From: an uncultured delta proteobacterium
GTDB taxonomy: Bacteria > Myxococcota_A > UBA9160 > SZUA-336
Assembly: GCA_963704165.1 (NCBI GenBank)
Contig: CAVPHD010000003.1
Coordinates: forward strand, 352,001 to 416,000
DNA: 64,000 bases
Direction: 5' to 3'
Part shown: positions 29,506 through 38,610 of the stretch, one piece after another
How positions within the stretch are numbered: position 1 is the stretch's first letter
How the letters are laid out: every line of letters starts with the position of its first letter
Translations under genes and position numbers: made by a program
The notes under the pieces: model-generated
Told to the model about the DNA's origin: nothing
Database searches by the model: none
Seen by the model: the letters and a program-made list of their open reading frames with translations, nothing else

Positions 29506-32500
29506 ATGACGTGGATCTCGCAGAGGGCGCTCGACCGGCCGCGCGCGACGCTGATCGTCTGCGCCGTGCTCACGCTGGCGCTCGGCATCGGCGCGCTGCG
29601 GCTGGAGCTGCGCACCGACGGTCACGCACTCACGCCGGAGGGGCACCCGGTCGTGATGCGCGATGCCGAGGACCGCGTTCGCTTTCGCGACGCGCGCAAG
29701 GCGATCCTCGTGGCGCTCGCGCGCTCTCCGGAGCAGACGCTCGCCACGCCGCACGGCTTCCGCTTTCTCCGCGAGCTCCACGTTCGACTCGAGAGACTCG
29801 ACGTGCTCCGGTCGAGCGGGCTCGTCTCGCTCGCGGGCTTGCCCCGACTCACACGCGACGGCGGAACCGTCTCGGTCGGAACCTATCTCGACGCCATTCC
29901 AGAAGCGGACGACGGCTTCGAGGCGTGGCTCGCGACGCTCCGGTCACGCCCCCTCGTCGATGGCCTGCTGCTCGCGCGCGACGGACAGAGCGCCCTCTTC
30001 GTGCTGCCGCTCTCGGAAGCCACGAGCGCGGCGGAGGCGATCGGGAGCCTCGAGGCCTTCGCGGCCGGAGCTTCGACCGACGAATTCGAGCTGCTGCTCG
30101 GCGGCCCGCTCGTCGCCGAGACGAACCTGGGCGAGCAGGTGCTCTCCGACCTCGCGCTGCTGGTTCCCGGGATGGTGGTCGTGATCGCGGTCCTGCTGTT
30201 CTCGATGCTCGGCAGTCCCGGTGGCGTCCTGATTCCGCTGATCGAGACGGCGGTCGTGCTGATCGCGACGTTCGGCGCGATGGGCTGGGCCGGCGCACCA
30301 ATCGCGCTGGTCTCGACGATCCTCCCGGTCGTGCTGATGGCGACCTGCATCACCGACGAGGTGTACCTGCTCGAGCGCTTCGGCGCCCAGACCGGAACGG
30401 GCTCGCCGCGCGCGCGCGTCGAGGCGTCGCTGCGCGAGGTCGGGCGCCCGATCGTGCTGACGTCCCTCACCACCGCACTCGGCTTCCTCTCGTTCACCAG
30501 CGCGTCGATCGGACCGCTGCGCGATTTCGGGCTCTTCGCCACCTTCGGAATCCTGCTCGCGATGCTGCTGAGCTTCACGCTGATCCCCGCCTTGATCGTG
30601 CTGCTGCCCGTGCGGATCTTCGAGCCCGCCTCGTGGCGGACCGGAACGATCGGACAGGCTCGACTCGGGGCGTTCGCGGCCGGGCGCCCGGTCGTCTGCT
30701 TCGCGCTCGCGGTCGCGGCGCTCGCGCTCACGGTCCCGGGCATCCGCTCACTTCGAGTCAGTGATTCGTGGGTCGAGAACTTCGATCCCGAGTCCGAGCT
30801 GGTACGGGCCGATCGGCAAATCAATCGCTCGTTCTGGGGAAGCTATCGGCTCGACGTCGTGCTCGAGGCGGAGCCCGGCCGCTTCCACGACCCGTCGGGT
30901 GTCGCGCTCGTCGAGCGCGTCTGCGCGGTTTCCGAGAACGCGCCCCACGTCGGAGGCTGCGAGAGCCCGTACGTAGCCCTCGAGGAGCTGGCCCGAGTGA
31001 TGGATGCCGCAACACCTCTCTCCGCGCTGACGGCGGATCGGCTCTGGGATCTGTTCACGTTGTCGGAGCTTTCCGAGGGCCGCGCGCTCGACCCTTCGAT
31101 CAGCGCCTCGGCCGACGCCGCGCGCGTCCGGCTCTACGTGCGAAGCCCCGACTACGGGATGGCCCGCGAGCTGATGGACCATCTGGAAGGGGAGCTCGAG
31201 CCGATCCTCTCCGACACGGGCGTGCGCCATCACCTCGGCGGTGAGCTCGCCGTCACCTCGGCGCTCGTCGAGTCCATCGTCTACGACCAGCTGCGCTCGA
31301 TCGGCTGGGCGCTCTTCACCATCGCGCTGCTTCTGCTCGCATTCACCCGCCGCTTCCGGGCGTTGCTCGCGGTGGTTCCCGTCAGCGCGGCGAGCCTCGG
31401 GCTCTTCGGCGTCATGGGACTCGCCGGGATCACCCTTGGTGTCGCGACGAGCATGTTCGCGAGTCTGGCGGTCGGCGTCGGCGTCGATTTCGGCATTCAC
31501 TTCCTCCACCGCTATGACCGCGAGCGGCTCGCGGGGAGTGACTTCGCAGCCGCGATCCGAGCGACCTTCGACGTCACGGGCCGCGCGCTGCTCTGGAACG
31601 CGATCGTGCTGGTCGCCGGCTTCAGCGTGCTGATCGCATCGAGCTTGAAGCCGAATCACAGCCTCGGACTGCTTCTCGTCGGCGCCACCCTGGCGTGCTA
31701 TGGGGCGACGCTGCTCGGGCTTCCGCTGCTCTTGCGGCTCGGTGCCCGCGGGGCTGCGAAGAAGGCCGCGGGGCTCGTCGCGTGCCTGTGGATCGCCTTC
31801 GCACCGACTCGAGCAGCGAACGCCGCGGATCTGCCATGTGCCGGCCCCCCCGATCCCGAAGCCACCGCGTTGATGGCGCGTCTCGAGCAGACGCGCCGGG
31901 GTCAGGCGCGCATCGCGCGCATGCAGATCGAGACGATCTACCCGAAAGGCCACCGGCTCTCGGCGAGCTTCGCCGGCAAGATCGACGCGAAGACACTCTG
32001 GGCCGCGGCGAACGGCGACCCCGACGACACCTGGCTGCTCTTCGTCTTCTCGGGGCCGGGGCGCATGGCCGGCACGACGCTCTTGATCGAGGATCGCGCC
32101 GGCTCCGAGGAACGCGACGGAACGTGGTTGTACCTGCGAGCGTTCGACCGGTTCAGTCGGCTCGAGGGACGGATCGAGCGAACGGTCGTTCCGGGCTCGG
32201 CGCTCTCCTACGAGGACGCGAGGGAGTACATCGCGGGGGCGAAGTATTTCTTCCGTTCGGGCGGCCGAGCCGGGGAGAACGGTGTGCGCGTGATCGGCTG
32301 TCCGAGAACACCGGCGCTCGTGGATCGCCTCGGCTACGGCGCGCTCCTCATCGACGTCGATCCGGGGCGATGGCTCGTGCTGCGCATCGAGTACCTCGGC
32401 CCGGGCGGCGGTGCGCTGAAGCGCTATGAGTTGATCGAGGCCGGCTCGCTCGACGGACGTGAGATGCCACTCCGGGTGAAGCTCGTCCACGTCGTCGACG

Positions 32501-32703
32501 GGTTCGAGAACGACATCCGCTACGAGTACTGGCCGGTGCCGACGGGATTGCCTGCCGACCTGTTCCTGCCCGACATGACACGAGGATCGTTCCTGACTCG
32601 GATGCGGCGCGTGCTCCACGAACGCGGTCTCGGCGACCGCATCGACGCCGAGATCAGAGAAGCGGAAGTCAGCATTCGTGCGTACGACGAGCGCGTCCGG
32701 TAG
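29506..32703 (+). CDS. MMPL/RND-family lipid transporter fused to a C-terminal LolA-like (outer-membrane lipoprotein-sorting) domain
   Basis: Two MMPL halves (PIVLTSLTTALGFLSF; GVGVDFGIHFLHRY). C-terminal domain MAGTTLL..TWLYLRAFDRFSRL..PGSALSYED..ADLF. Starts 9 bp after the thioesterase stop. Confidence 0.87.
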   Translation: MTWISQRALDRPRATLIVCAVLTLALGIGALRLELRTDGHALTPEGHPVVMRDAEDRVRFRDARKAILVALARSPEQTLATPHGFRFLRELHVRLERLDVLRSSGLVSLAGLPRLTRDGGTVSVGTYLDAIPEADDGFEAWLATLRSRPLVDGLLLARDGQSALFVLPLSEATSAAEAIGSLEAFAAGASTDEFELLLGGPLVAETNLGEQVLSDLALLVPGMVVVIAVLLFSMLGSPGGVLIPLIETAVVLIATFGAMGWAGAPIALVSTILPVVLMATCITDEVYLLERFGAQTGTGSPRARVEASLREVGRPIVLTSLTTALGFLSFTSASIGPLRDFGLFATFGILLAMLLSFTLIPALIVLLPVRIFEPASWRTGTIGQARLGAFAAGRPVVCFALAVAALALTVPGIRSLRVSDSWVENFDPESELVRADRQINRSFWGSYRLDVVLEAEPGRFHDPSGVALVERVCAVSENAPHVGGCESPYVALEELARVMDAATPLSALTADRLWDLFTLSELSEGRALDPSISASADAARVRLYVRSPDYGMARELMDHLEGELEPILSDTGVRHHLGGELAVTSALVESIVYDQLRSIGWALFTIALLLLAFTRRFRALLAVVPVSAASLGLFGVMGLAGITLGVATSMFASLAVGVGVDFGIHFLHRYDRERLAGSDFAAAIRATFDVTGRALLWNAIVLVAGFSVLIASSLKPNHSLGLLLVGATLACYGATLLGLPLLLRLGARGAAKKAAGLVACLWIAFAPTRAANAADLPCAGPPDPEATALMARLEQTRRGQARIARMQIETIYPKGHRLSASFAGKIDAKTLWAAANGDPDDTWLLFVFSGPGRMAGTTLLIEDRAGSEERDGTWLYLRAFDRFSRLEGRIERTVVPGSALSYEDAREYIAGAKYFFRSGGRAGENGVRVIGCPRTPALVDRLGYGALLIDVDPGRWLVLRIEYLGPGGGALKRYELIEAGSLDGREMPLRVKLVHVVDGFENDIRYEYWPVPTGLPADLFLPDMTRGSFLTRMRRVLHERGLGDRIDAEIREAEVSIRAYDERVR

Positions 32704-33181
32704 AGCTTCGGCTCGCGAACGTGAAGACGCGCCGTCCGATCGGATCGCCCGGGTGAGAGCTCTCCTCGAAGTCACCGCCGGTATATTCGCGAATCACCGC
32801 GGACCAGAACGGAAGGCCCGCTCGGTTCGTCTCCAGGACGCGGACGACCCAGCATCCGGAGAGCTCGTCGAAGAGCGCGAGCGCGGCCCGTCGACCGACG
32901 CCCGACCGGCGCTGGCCGCGGAGGATGAAGAACTCGGCGACGTCGAGCGCTGCGGGGTCGTCGCTCGCGGGCGAGCCTCGCGTCACGAGCGCGAACCCCG
33001 CGACGTCGGCTCCGGACCGGATCAGAAACGCCCAGCGCGAGTTCGGCTCGGACCAGTACAGCGGCAGCCTCGTGTAGCCGAATCGTCCGTCGGTCCCGAT
33101 CTCAATCGGAACGATCTCGCTCATGTCGTGGATGTAGAGCTCGAGGAGATTCGCGAGCAGCGGCGCCGCGTCGACCGTCAC
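32669..33181 (-). CDS. GNAT family N-acetyltransferase (start uncertain)
   Basis: LANLLELYIHDMSE, GRFGY..LPLYW, VAEFFILRGQRRSGVG, NRAGLPFW. Confidence 0.82.
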   Translation of the reverse strand: MTVDAAPLLANLLELYIHDMSEIVPIEIGTDGRFGYTRLPLYWSEPNSRWAFLIRSGADVAGFALVTRGSPASDDPAALDVAEFFILRGQRRSGVGRRAALALFDELSGCWVVRVLETNRAGLPFWSAVIREYTGGDFEESSHPGDPIGRRVFTFASRSSTGRARRTHEC

Positions 33182-33231
33182 GCGTTCCAGCGCGATCGAC
33201 CGAGACCCTGCGGAGCTTTCGCGCGGAACGA

Positions 33232-34290
33232 CTACCCCTCCTCGAGAAGCTGCAAGAGATCGAGCTCGGTCTCGGCCATGCGTCGGCCGATCGCGGCCTG
33301 CTCGACGCTCGGGATCACGCCGGACAGGTAGGCGTTCATCTGCACGATCCAGACGACGCAGACCTTCGCGGCGGAGAGCGCCTCCCACCAACGCAGCGCT
33401 TTGCGGTCGAGCGAGCGGCCGCTCTCGACTTCGTAGGCGCGATAGAACGGCTCCCGCGGACCGACGCCGCCGACCGGCGCGCCCGGATTCCCGAAACGCC
33501 AGGTCTTCGTGCACATCCAGGCCAGGTCCTCGTGCGGATCGCCGACGTGGGCGAGCTCCCAGTCGAGCACCGCGCGCAGCCCCTCTTCCCCGACGACCAG
33601 GTTGCCCATCCGGTAGTCGCCGTGGACGAGCGTCCGCCCGCGCTCGCCCGCCGGGCTGCTCGGGACGTTCTGCTCGAGCCAGCGATACGCCCATTCACAG
33701 ACCGGTGTCGGGGACGGCGCACCGTCGATGCCGCGGCGGACCTGCGCGAGCTGTTCGAGCGCGCTCGAAACGCCCCCTGCTGGACGCGCGAGACGCTCGA
33801 GCCCGGGCGCCTCGGGACTCATGCGGTGGATGCGCGCGAGCGCTCGGCCGAGCTGATCGGGAAGGAGCTCGCGCGCACGGGCGAGCGCGGGGTCGCGCAG
33901 GATTCGCGTGCCGATCGTCTCGCCTTCGACCCGGTCCATGAAGTAGAACGGCCCGCCGAGCGGCTCGAGCTCGGCGCAGGGCCAGTAGACACGCGGCACC
34001 GGGACCTCGCAACGCAGCGCCTCTTCGAGCAGACGGAACTCGAGCCGGAAGCCGCCCTCGGTCGAGAGCCCGCGAGAAGCCGCCGCGCCCGCGGTCGGAT
34101 CGATCCGCAGCACGAGCGCGCGCGAGTCGACGTCGGAGGGCGTCTCGAGTTCAACGTCGAGGCTCCAGACCTGTCGCGACGAGCCGCCCGTCATTCGGCG
34201 CAGATTCTCCACGCGCGCCGGTCTGCCGGCCTGCGTGCGGATCCACGCCTCGATCCGCCGCACCCGCTCTTCGCGCTCGAGCTTCTCCAT
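33232..34290 (-). CDS. Phosphotransferase (APH/choline kinase) family protein
   Basis: GGSSRQVW, FYFMDRVEGE, LVHGDYRMGN, VLDWELAHVGDPHEDLAW. Confidence 0.9.
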   Translation of the reverse strand: MEKLEREERVRRIEAWIRTQAGRPARVENLRRMTGGSSRQVWSLDVELETPSDVDSRALVLRIDPTAGAAASRGLSTEGGFRLEFRLLEEALRCEVPVPRVYWPCAELEPLGGPFYFMDRVEGETIGTRILRDPALARARELLPDQLGRALARIHRMSPEAPGLERLARPAGGVSSALEQLAQVRRGIDGAPSPTPVCEWAYRWLEQNVPSSPAGERGRTLVHGDYRMGNLVVGEEGLRAVLDWELAHVGDPHEDLAWMCTKTWRFGNPGAPVGGVGPREPFYRAYEVESGRSLDRKALRWWEALSAAKVCVVWIVQMNAYLSGVIPSVEQAAIGRRMAETELDLLQLLEEG

Positions 34291-34520
34291 CGCCTCCCGG
34301 TCCTACCCGCCCGCCGTGAACGGCGGCGATCATATCAGCGAACCCGGGGGCAGACCCCGCCTGTTCCGGAGCGTCGTCTTCGGCAGCCGTCCGTACACCG
34401 TAGGGTGACGAGATCGATTCCCCGAGTCGAACCGGGCATCCGAGTGGCGTGCGACAACGCGAAACACCCTCGCGACCCGAGCTCGCGGTGTTCCCAGCTC
34501 ACGATCGACGCGGGAGCCGA

Positions 34521-34840
34521 CATGCACTCGTCGCCAACTCGGCGCACGCAGACGCGGATCTCGAGGATCGGGTTCGGACGGCCACCGGCTCGATCTTCGA
34601 CGCCGCCGTGCAGATCCGGAATCACGACTTCTACGGGCGCTCGATGGAGCACGGCGGCGGCGGCACGCCCGGGGACTCCCCCCCTGACGGTGATCTGCGA
34701 CGAGTTCGGAGCCCTTCGCGGGTTTCGCGACGTGTTCGTCAGCGCGGGCGACGCGGACTTCGGCTCGGGCTGGCTCCGGGGCACCTGGTCGGGGGAGGAC
34801 TTGCGCATCCACACGACCGCCGACGCCGCCCGCCCTCCGC
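34521..34840 (+). pseudogene. sodB: Degenerate internal fragment of an Fe/Mn superoxide dismutase gene
   Basis: LEDRVRTATGSIFDAAVQIRNHDFYGRSM..GGGTP / LTVICDEFG..FRDVF..DFGSGWL..LRIHTTADA is collinear with FeSOD (FNNAAQVWNHTFYW; NFGSGWTWL). Frameshift in the C-run at ~34680; no DVWEHAYY motif found. Confidence 0.72.
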
Positions 34841-35036
34841 GCCGAGCCAGCGAGGGGGCCCGGAGCGACGGTCGGAGGCGCGAAATCGCCTCCAAACCCG
34901 CCAGGACTGGTACGATGGCGAGAACCTGTAGACGGAGCGTCACCTACCGCAGTTGCCGGACCACTTCCTCCTGCGTGGAGAGCCTGCCGCGCGCTGGGCG
35001 GAAGACCCGACCGCAGGCTCATGGACGATCGTGACG

Positions 35037-35762
35037 ATGGAGCACCGTATGTTCTCAGGCGCCCTCAAGCTGACCTCGGCTTTCGTCTTCGCGGTGCTGC
35101 TCTCGATCGCTTCTCAGAGCGTCGCGATGCCGGTCCTCTGCGCGCCACCGTACTGCCAGATCTGGTCTTCGGGCGAGGGCGGCAACGGGCACGGGTACAG
35201 CTTCGTCCACCTGACCTCCGACGTGACATGGACGATGGCGAACGCGCTCGCGCAGGGTTCGATTGCAATGGCCGACGGCAGCGTCGGACACCTCGCCACG
35301 ATCGGTTCGGCCGAGGAGCAGTCGTTCATCCAGAATTCTGTTCTGCCCGTCTTGTCCTATTTCGGCACCAACCCGACTCAGGTCTGGATCGGCGGCCGGC
35401 AGGATCCGGACCAACCGCCCAGCGATGGCTGGACGTGGGTCGTGAACCCGTCCGTCGCGCCCGAGACCTGGAACTACGAGAACTGGATGACGCCGGGCGA
35501 GCCCGATGACCAAGGCGGCATCGACGAGCGTTACTTGACGATGTGGTTCCACAACTTCCAGGACGGCATAGACCGGCGCGGGAGCTGGAACGACGAGCGC
35601 GACCTGGCCGGTGCAAGGATCATCGGCATGCTGGTCGAGTGGTCGCCGCGCAACCTGCCGGAGCCGGGAGCCGCGTGCCTGGTCGCCTTTGGCATCGGAC
35701 TTCTCGCGCTGCGTCGGTGCCGGCGCCATTTCGATTCCGTTCGCTTCTTCGCCTCGATGTGA
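35037..35762 (+). CDS. PEP-CTERM protein with C-type-lectin-like domain
   Basis: Signal peptide; NGHGY..TWTMANALA..GHLATIGSAEEQSFI..VWIGG..YENW..GEPD..WND; tail LPEPGAACLVAFGIGLLALRR. Confidence 0.8.
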   Translation: MEHRMFSGALKLTSAFVFAVLLSIASQSVAMPVLCAPPYCQIWSSGEGGNGHGYSFVHLTSDVTWTMANALAQGSIAMADGSVGHLATIGSAEEQSFIQNSVLPVLSYFGTNPTQVWIGGRQDPDQPPSDGWTWVVNPSVAPETWNYENWMTPGEPDDQGGIDERYLTMWFHNFQDGIDRRGSWNDERDLAGARIIGMLVEWSPRNLPEPGAACLVAFGIGLLALRRCRRHFDSVRFFASM

Positions 35763-35927
35763 TCGTCCGCCTTGGACGGATGGCGGCGCCTGAAGCCGCA
35801 CCGACTCTGGCGCCCGGTCTCTCGAGCAGTCCCGCGGTCTCGTCGGGATGGAGCGAATCGGGCCCGATCCCGTCGCGCCGGCCGCTGTTCATGCCGCGCC
35901 CGATCGACGCCAACACGCGGGCGCGTC

Positions 35928-37355
35928 TCACCGTCGAAGTGAGCCGATCATCGCGACGGCGAGATTCGCGCCCAATGCGAGGATGCCGGCGTGGACGCCG
36001 CCGAGCCGGTCGACGCCCGCGAGCATCGAGGCACCCGCGACCACGGCGCCGATCACGACCCCCGCGAGCACCGGCCCGGCCCGCAGGCCCCTCCAGTGGA
36101 TCGCGAGCAGGAAGGCGGGCGTGCACTGGACGAGGATCTCCATCTTCAGCTCGAGCAGGCGCCAGAGCGTGAGGTCGCGGCGCATCGCGAGCGCGATCAT
36201 CGCGAGGAAGATCAGCGCCGCCGCGCGCTTGCCGAGCACCGTGGTCGCGGGCGCGTGAGGCGGGCGGTCGAGAAGATCCGTCGCCACGAGCGATCCGATC
36301 GAGAGCAGCACGGAGTCGGCCGTGGACATGATCGCGGCGATCGCCGCGAGGAAGACGACGACGGCCGCCAGGGACGGCACGAGTCCGGCCTCCGACCACT
36401 GACCGAGCAGCGCGGGCATGACGCGATCGGCAGCGGTGCCGCTGAGCTCGGGCAGCCGGGTGATTGCCGCCAGACCGATCAGCGTCACCACCGCGGTCGT
36501 GACGAGCGGCATCCAGGTCATCAGCGCGAAGGCGCGCTGCATCGTCCGGCTCGAAGAAGCGGCGTAGATGCGCTGGATCGCCTGCGGGTAGAGCGTGCTC
36601 GCGAGCCCGAGCAGGAGCGTGGTCGAGAGCCAGTTCGCACAGGTCGCGGCGTCGGGAACGGCGACGGCGTCGGGCCGAAGCAGAGCGATCTGGCCCGTGA
36701 GCCCGCCCAGTCCGCCGGGCGTCGACAGGACCCAGCCGAGCATCGCGCCGAGACCGACGAACATGATCCCGGCCTGGATCGCGTCGGTCCAGGCGACGGC
36801 ACGCATGCCGCCGGTCGTCTCGTAGAAGAGGATCACGCCGGCCAGCCCGACGACGCCGAGCTCGTACGAGACGAGCCCCCCGGTCGCCTCGCTCGCGAGC
36901 TCCCCCATCGCTCGGAGCTGTGCGAAGAGGAAGTTCGAGAGCGCGAAGATCATCACCCCCGCGATCGCGATCCGCAGCGCGCGCGCGAGCGGATCCTCGC
37001 CGAAGCGATGCCGCACGTAGTCGCCAGGCGTCACGAATCCGTGTCGGACCGAGAGCGGACGCAGCTTCGGCGCGAGCGCATGAAACACGACGACGATCGC
37101 CATCATGAAGCCGGTCGCCATGACGAAGGCGAAGCCGGTTCGATACGCCTCGCCCGGGTAGCCGAGCAGCGAGTTCCCGCTGTAGGTCGTCGCGTAGAGC
37201 GTCAGGAAGAGCACCAGGACGCCGAGCTCGCGTCCGGCGAGGAAGTGATCGTCGGGCGAGTCGTCGCGCCGCGCGCGCCGCGCGAATCCCGCCAGGACGA
37301 AGAGCCCGACCAGGTACAAGCCGAGGCCTGCGAGCCCGAGCGCCCCGACGCTCAC
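35928..37355 (-). CDS. Sodium:solute symporter family protein
   Basis: HFLAGRELG, ATTYSGNSLLGYPG, GGMRAVAWTDAIQ, AAIMSTADSVLL. Confidence 0.92.
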   Translation of the reverse strand: MSVGALGLAGLGLYLVGLFVLAGFARRARRDDSPDDHFLAGRELGVLVLFLTLYATTYSGNSLLGYPGEAYRTGFAFVMATGFMMAIVVVFHALAPKLRPLSVRHGFVTPGDYVRHRFGEDPLARALRIAIAGVMIFALSNFLFAQLRAMGELASEATGGLVSYELGVVGLAGVILFYETTGGMRAVAWTDAIQAGIMFVGLGAMLGWVLSTPGGLGGLTGQIALLRPDAVAVPDAATCANWLSTTLLLGLASTLYPQAIQRIYAASSSRTMQRAFALMTWMPLVTTAVVTLIGLAAITRLPELSGTAADRVMPALLGQWSEAGLVPSLAAVVVFLAAIAAIMSTADSVLLSIGSLVATDLLDRPPHAPATTVLGKRAAALIFLAMIALAMRRDLTLWRLLELKMEILVQCTPAFLLAIHWRGLRAGPVLAGVVIGAVVAGASMLAGVDRLGGVHAGILALGANLAVAMIGSLRR

Positions 37356-37582
37356 GACTCGCCCCCGTCGGCTTCAGGCACGTCCGCGAGCCACCACGCG
37401 ACGCTGTTCAGCGCCGCGACGCCGACGTAGCAGACGAGAGCCAGCGCGACCCAGTCGGGAAGCCCGAGCCACAGGGCGGGCTCGGACCCGGTCTCGCGGT
37501 ACCACGGGATCGAGACGGCGTAGAGGATCCCGATCGCGGCGAGGCTCGCTCGCCGAACCCGGCTGCGCGCGAGCTTCGACAC
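37352..37582 (-). CDS. Small two-TM membrane protein, partner of the SSS transporter (DUF3311-like)
   Basis: LYAVSIPWY..LWLGLPDWV; GTGA overlap with the symporter. Confidence 0.7.
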   Translation of the reverse strand: MSKLARSRVRRASLAAIGILYAVSIPWYRETGSEPALWLGLPDWVALALVCYVGVAALNSVAWWLADVPEADGGES

Positions 37583-37723
37583 CGCGCGAGATTGCGCGCA
37601 ACTCGCGCACGTGGTCAAACCGCGGGCTTGGGATCGCCCCAGACGAAGCTCGACCCGCCCACTTCGCTCGCGTGGGACTGGAGTAGAATCGGTTTCCGGT
37701 CGCCAGGCCGCAGGAGAGGTCGG

Positions 37724-38575
37724 ATGAAGTTCGGGCTGTACGGGATCAACACCGGTCCGTGTTCCGAGCCGGACGTCGCCGCGCGTGTCGCGGGTGCCGC
37801 CGAGGCGGCCGGCTTCGATTCGGTCTGGACGGCGGAGCACGTCGTGCTGCCCGACCCGCAGGCTCCCCCTTCCCCCGCGCCGCCGCACATGAAGCTGCTC
37901 GATCCGGCCGTCGCGCTCGCGTTTCTGGCCGCGCACACGACGAAGCTCCTGCTCGCGACCGGAATCATCATCCTGCCGCAGCGCAATCCCGTGGTGCTCG
38001 CGAAGGAGCTGGCGAGCCTGGACCGGCTCTCGAAGGGCCGACTCGTGTTCGGGCTCGGCGCGGGCTACCTGAAGCCGGAATTCCAGGCGCTCGGTGCGCC
38101 GTTCGCGGACCGTGGCAAACGCACCGACGAGTACATCGAGGCGATCGTCGCGCTCTGGACCGAGGACAAGCCCGAGTACAAGGGCGAGTACGTCGCGTTC
38201 GGAGGCATTCAATCGCACCCGCATCCCGTGCAGAAGCCGCACCCTCCGATCGTCGTCGGTGGCATGAGTCCATCGGCGCTCCGGCGGGCGGCGCGTTACG
38301 GCAACGGCTGGTACGGATTCGCGCTCGATCTCGAGGCGACGCGCCAGGCGCTCGAGGGGTTGCGCGCGGCCGAGCAGCGCTTCGACCGCGAGGCCTCGCT
38401 CGGACAGCTCGAAATCACCGTGACACCCGCGGGGGCGGTCCATCCGGATACCGTTCGCCAGTACGAGGCGCTCGGCGTCGATCGGCTCGTGCTGCTCAAT
38501 CCGGGACGCAACGCGGACGATCAACTGCGCTTCGTCGAGAAGGCCGGACGCGAGTTGATCGCCGCACTCGCCTGA
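37724..38575 (+). CDS. LLM class (F420-dependent-type) oxidoreductase
   Basis: GFDSVWTAEHVVLP, LPQRNPVVLAKELASLD.LSKGR, PVQKPHPPIVVGG. Confidence 0.9.
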   Translation: MKFGLYGINTGPCSEPDVAARVAGAAEAAGFDSVWTAEHVVLPDPQAPPSPAPPHMKLLDPAVALAFLAAHTTKLLLATGIIILPQRNPVVLAKELASLDRLSKGRLVFGLGAGYLKPEFQALGAPFADRGKRTDEYIEAIVALWTEDKPEYKGEYVAFGGIQSHPHPVQKPHPPIVVGGMSPSALRRAARYGNGWYGFALDLEATRQALEGLRAAEQRFDREASLGQLEITVTPAGAVHPDTVRQYEALGVDRLVLLNPGRNADDQLRFVEKAGRELIAALA

Positions 38576-38610
38576 TTGCGCGCGGCATTCGCGCCGGTAG
38601 GATTGCCGAG

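Noticed and set aside
34330..35034. Several 160-230 aa ORFs called in this gap
   Set aside because: None has a coherent protein signature. The region is better explained as a SOD remnant plus promoter DNA.
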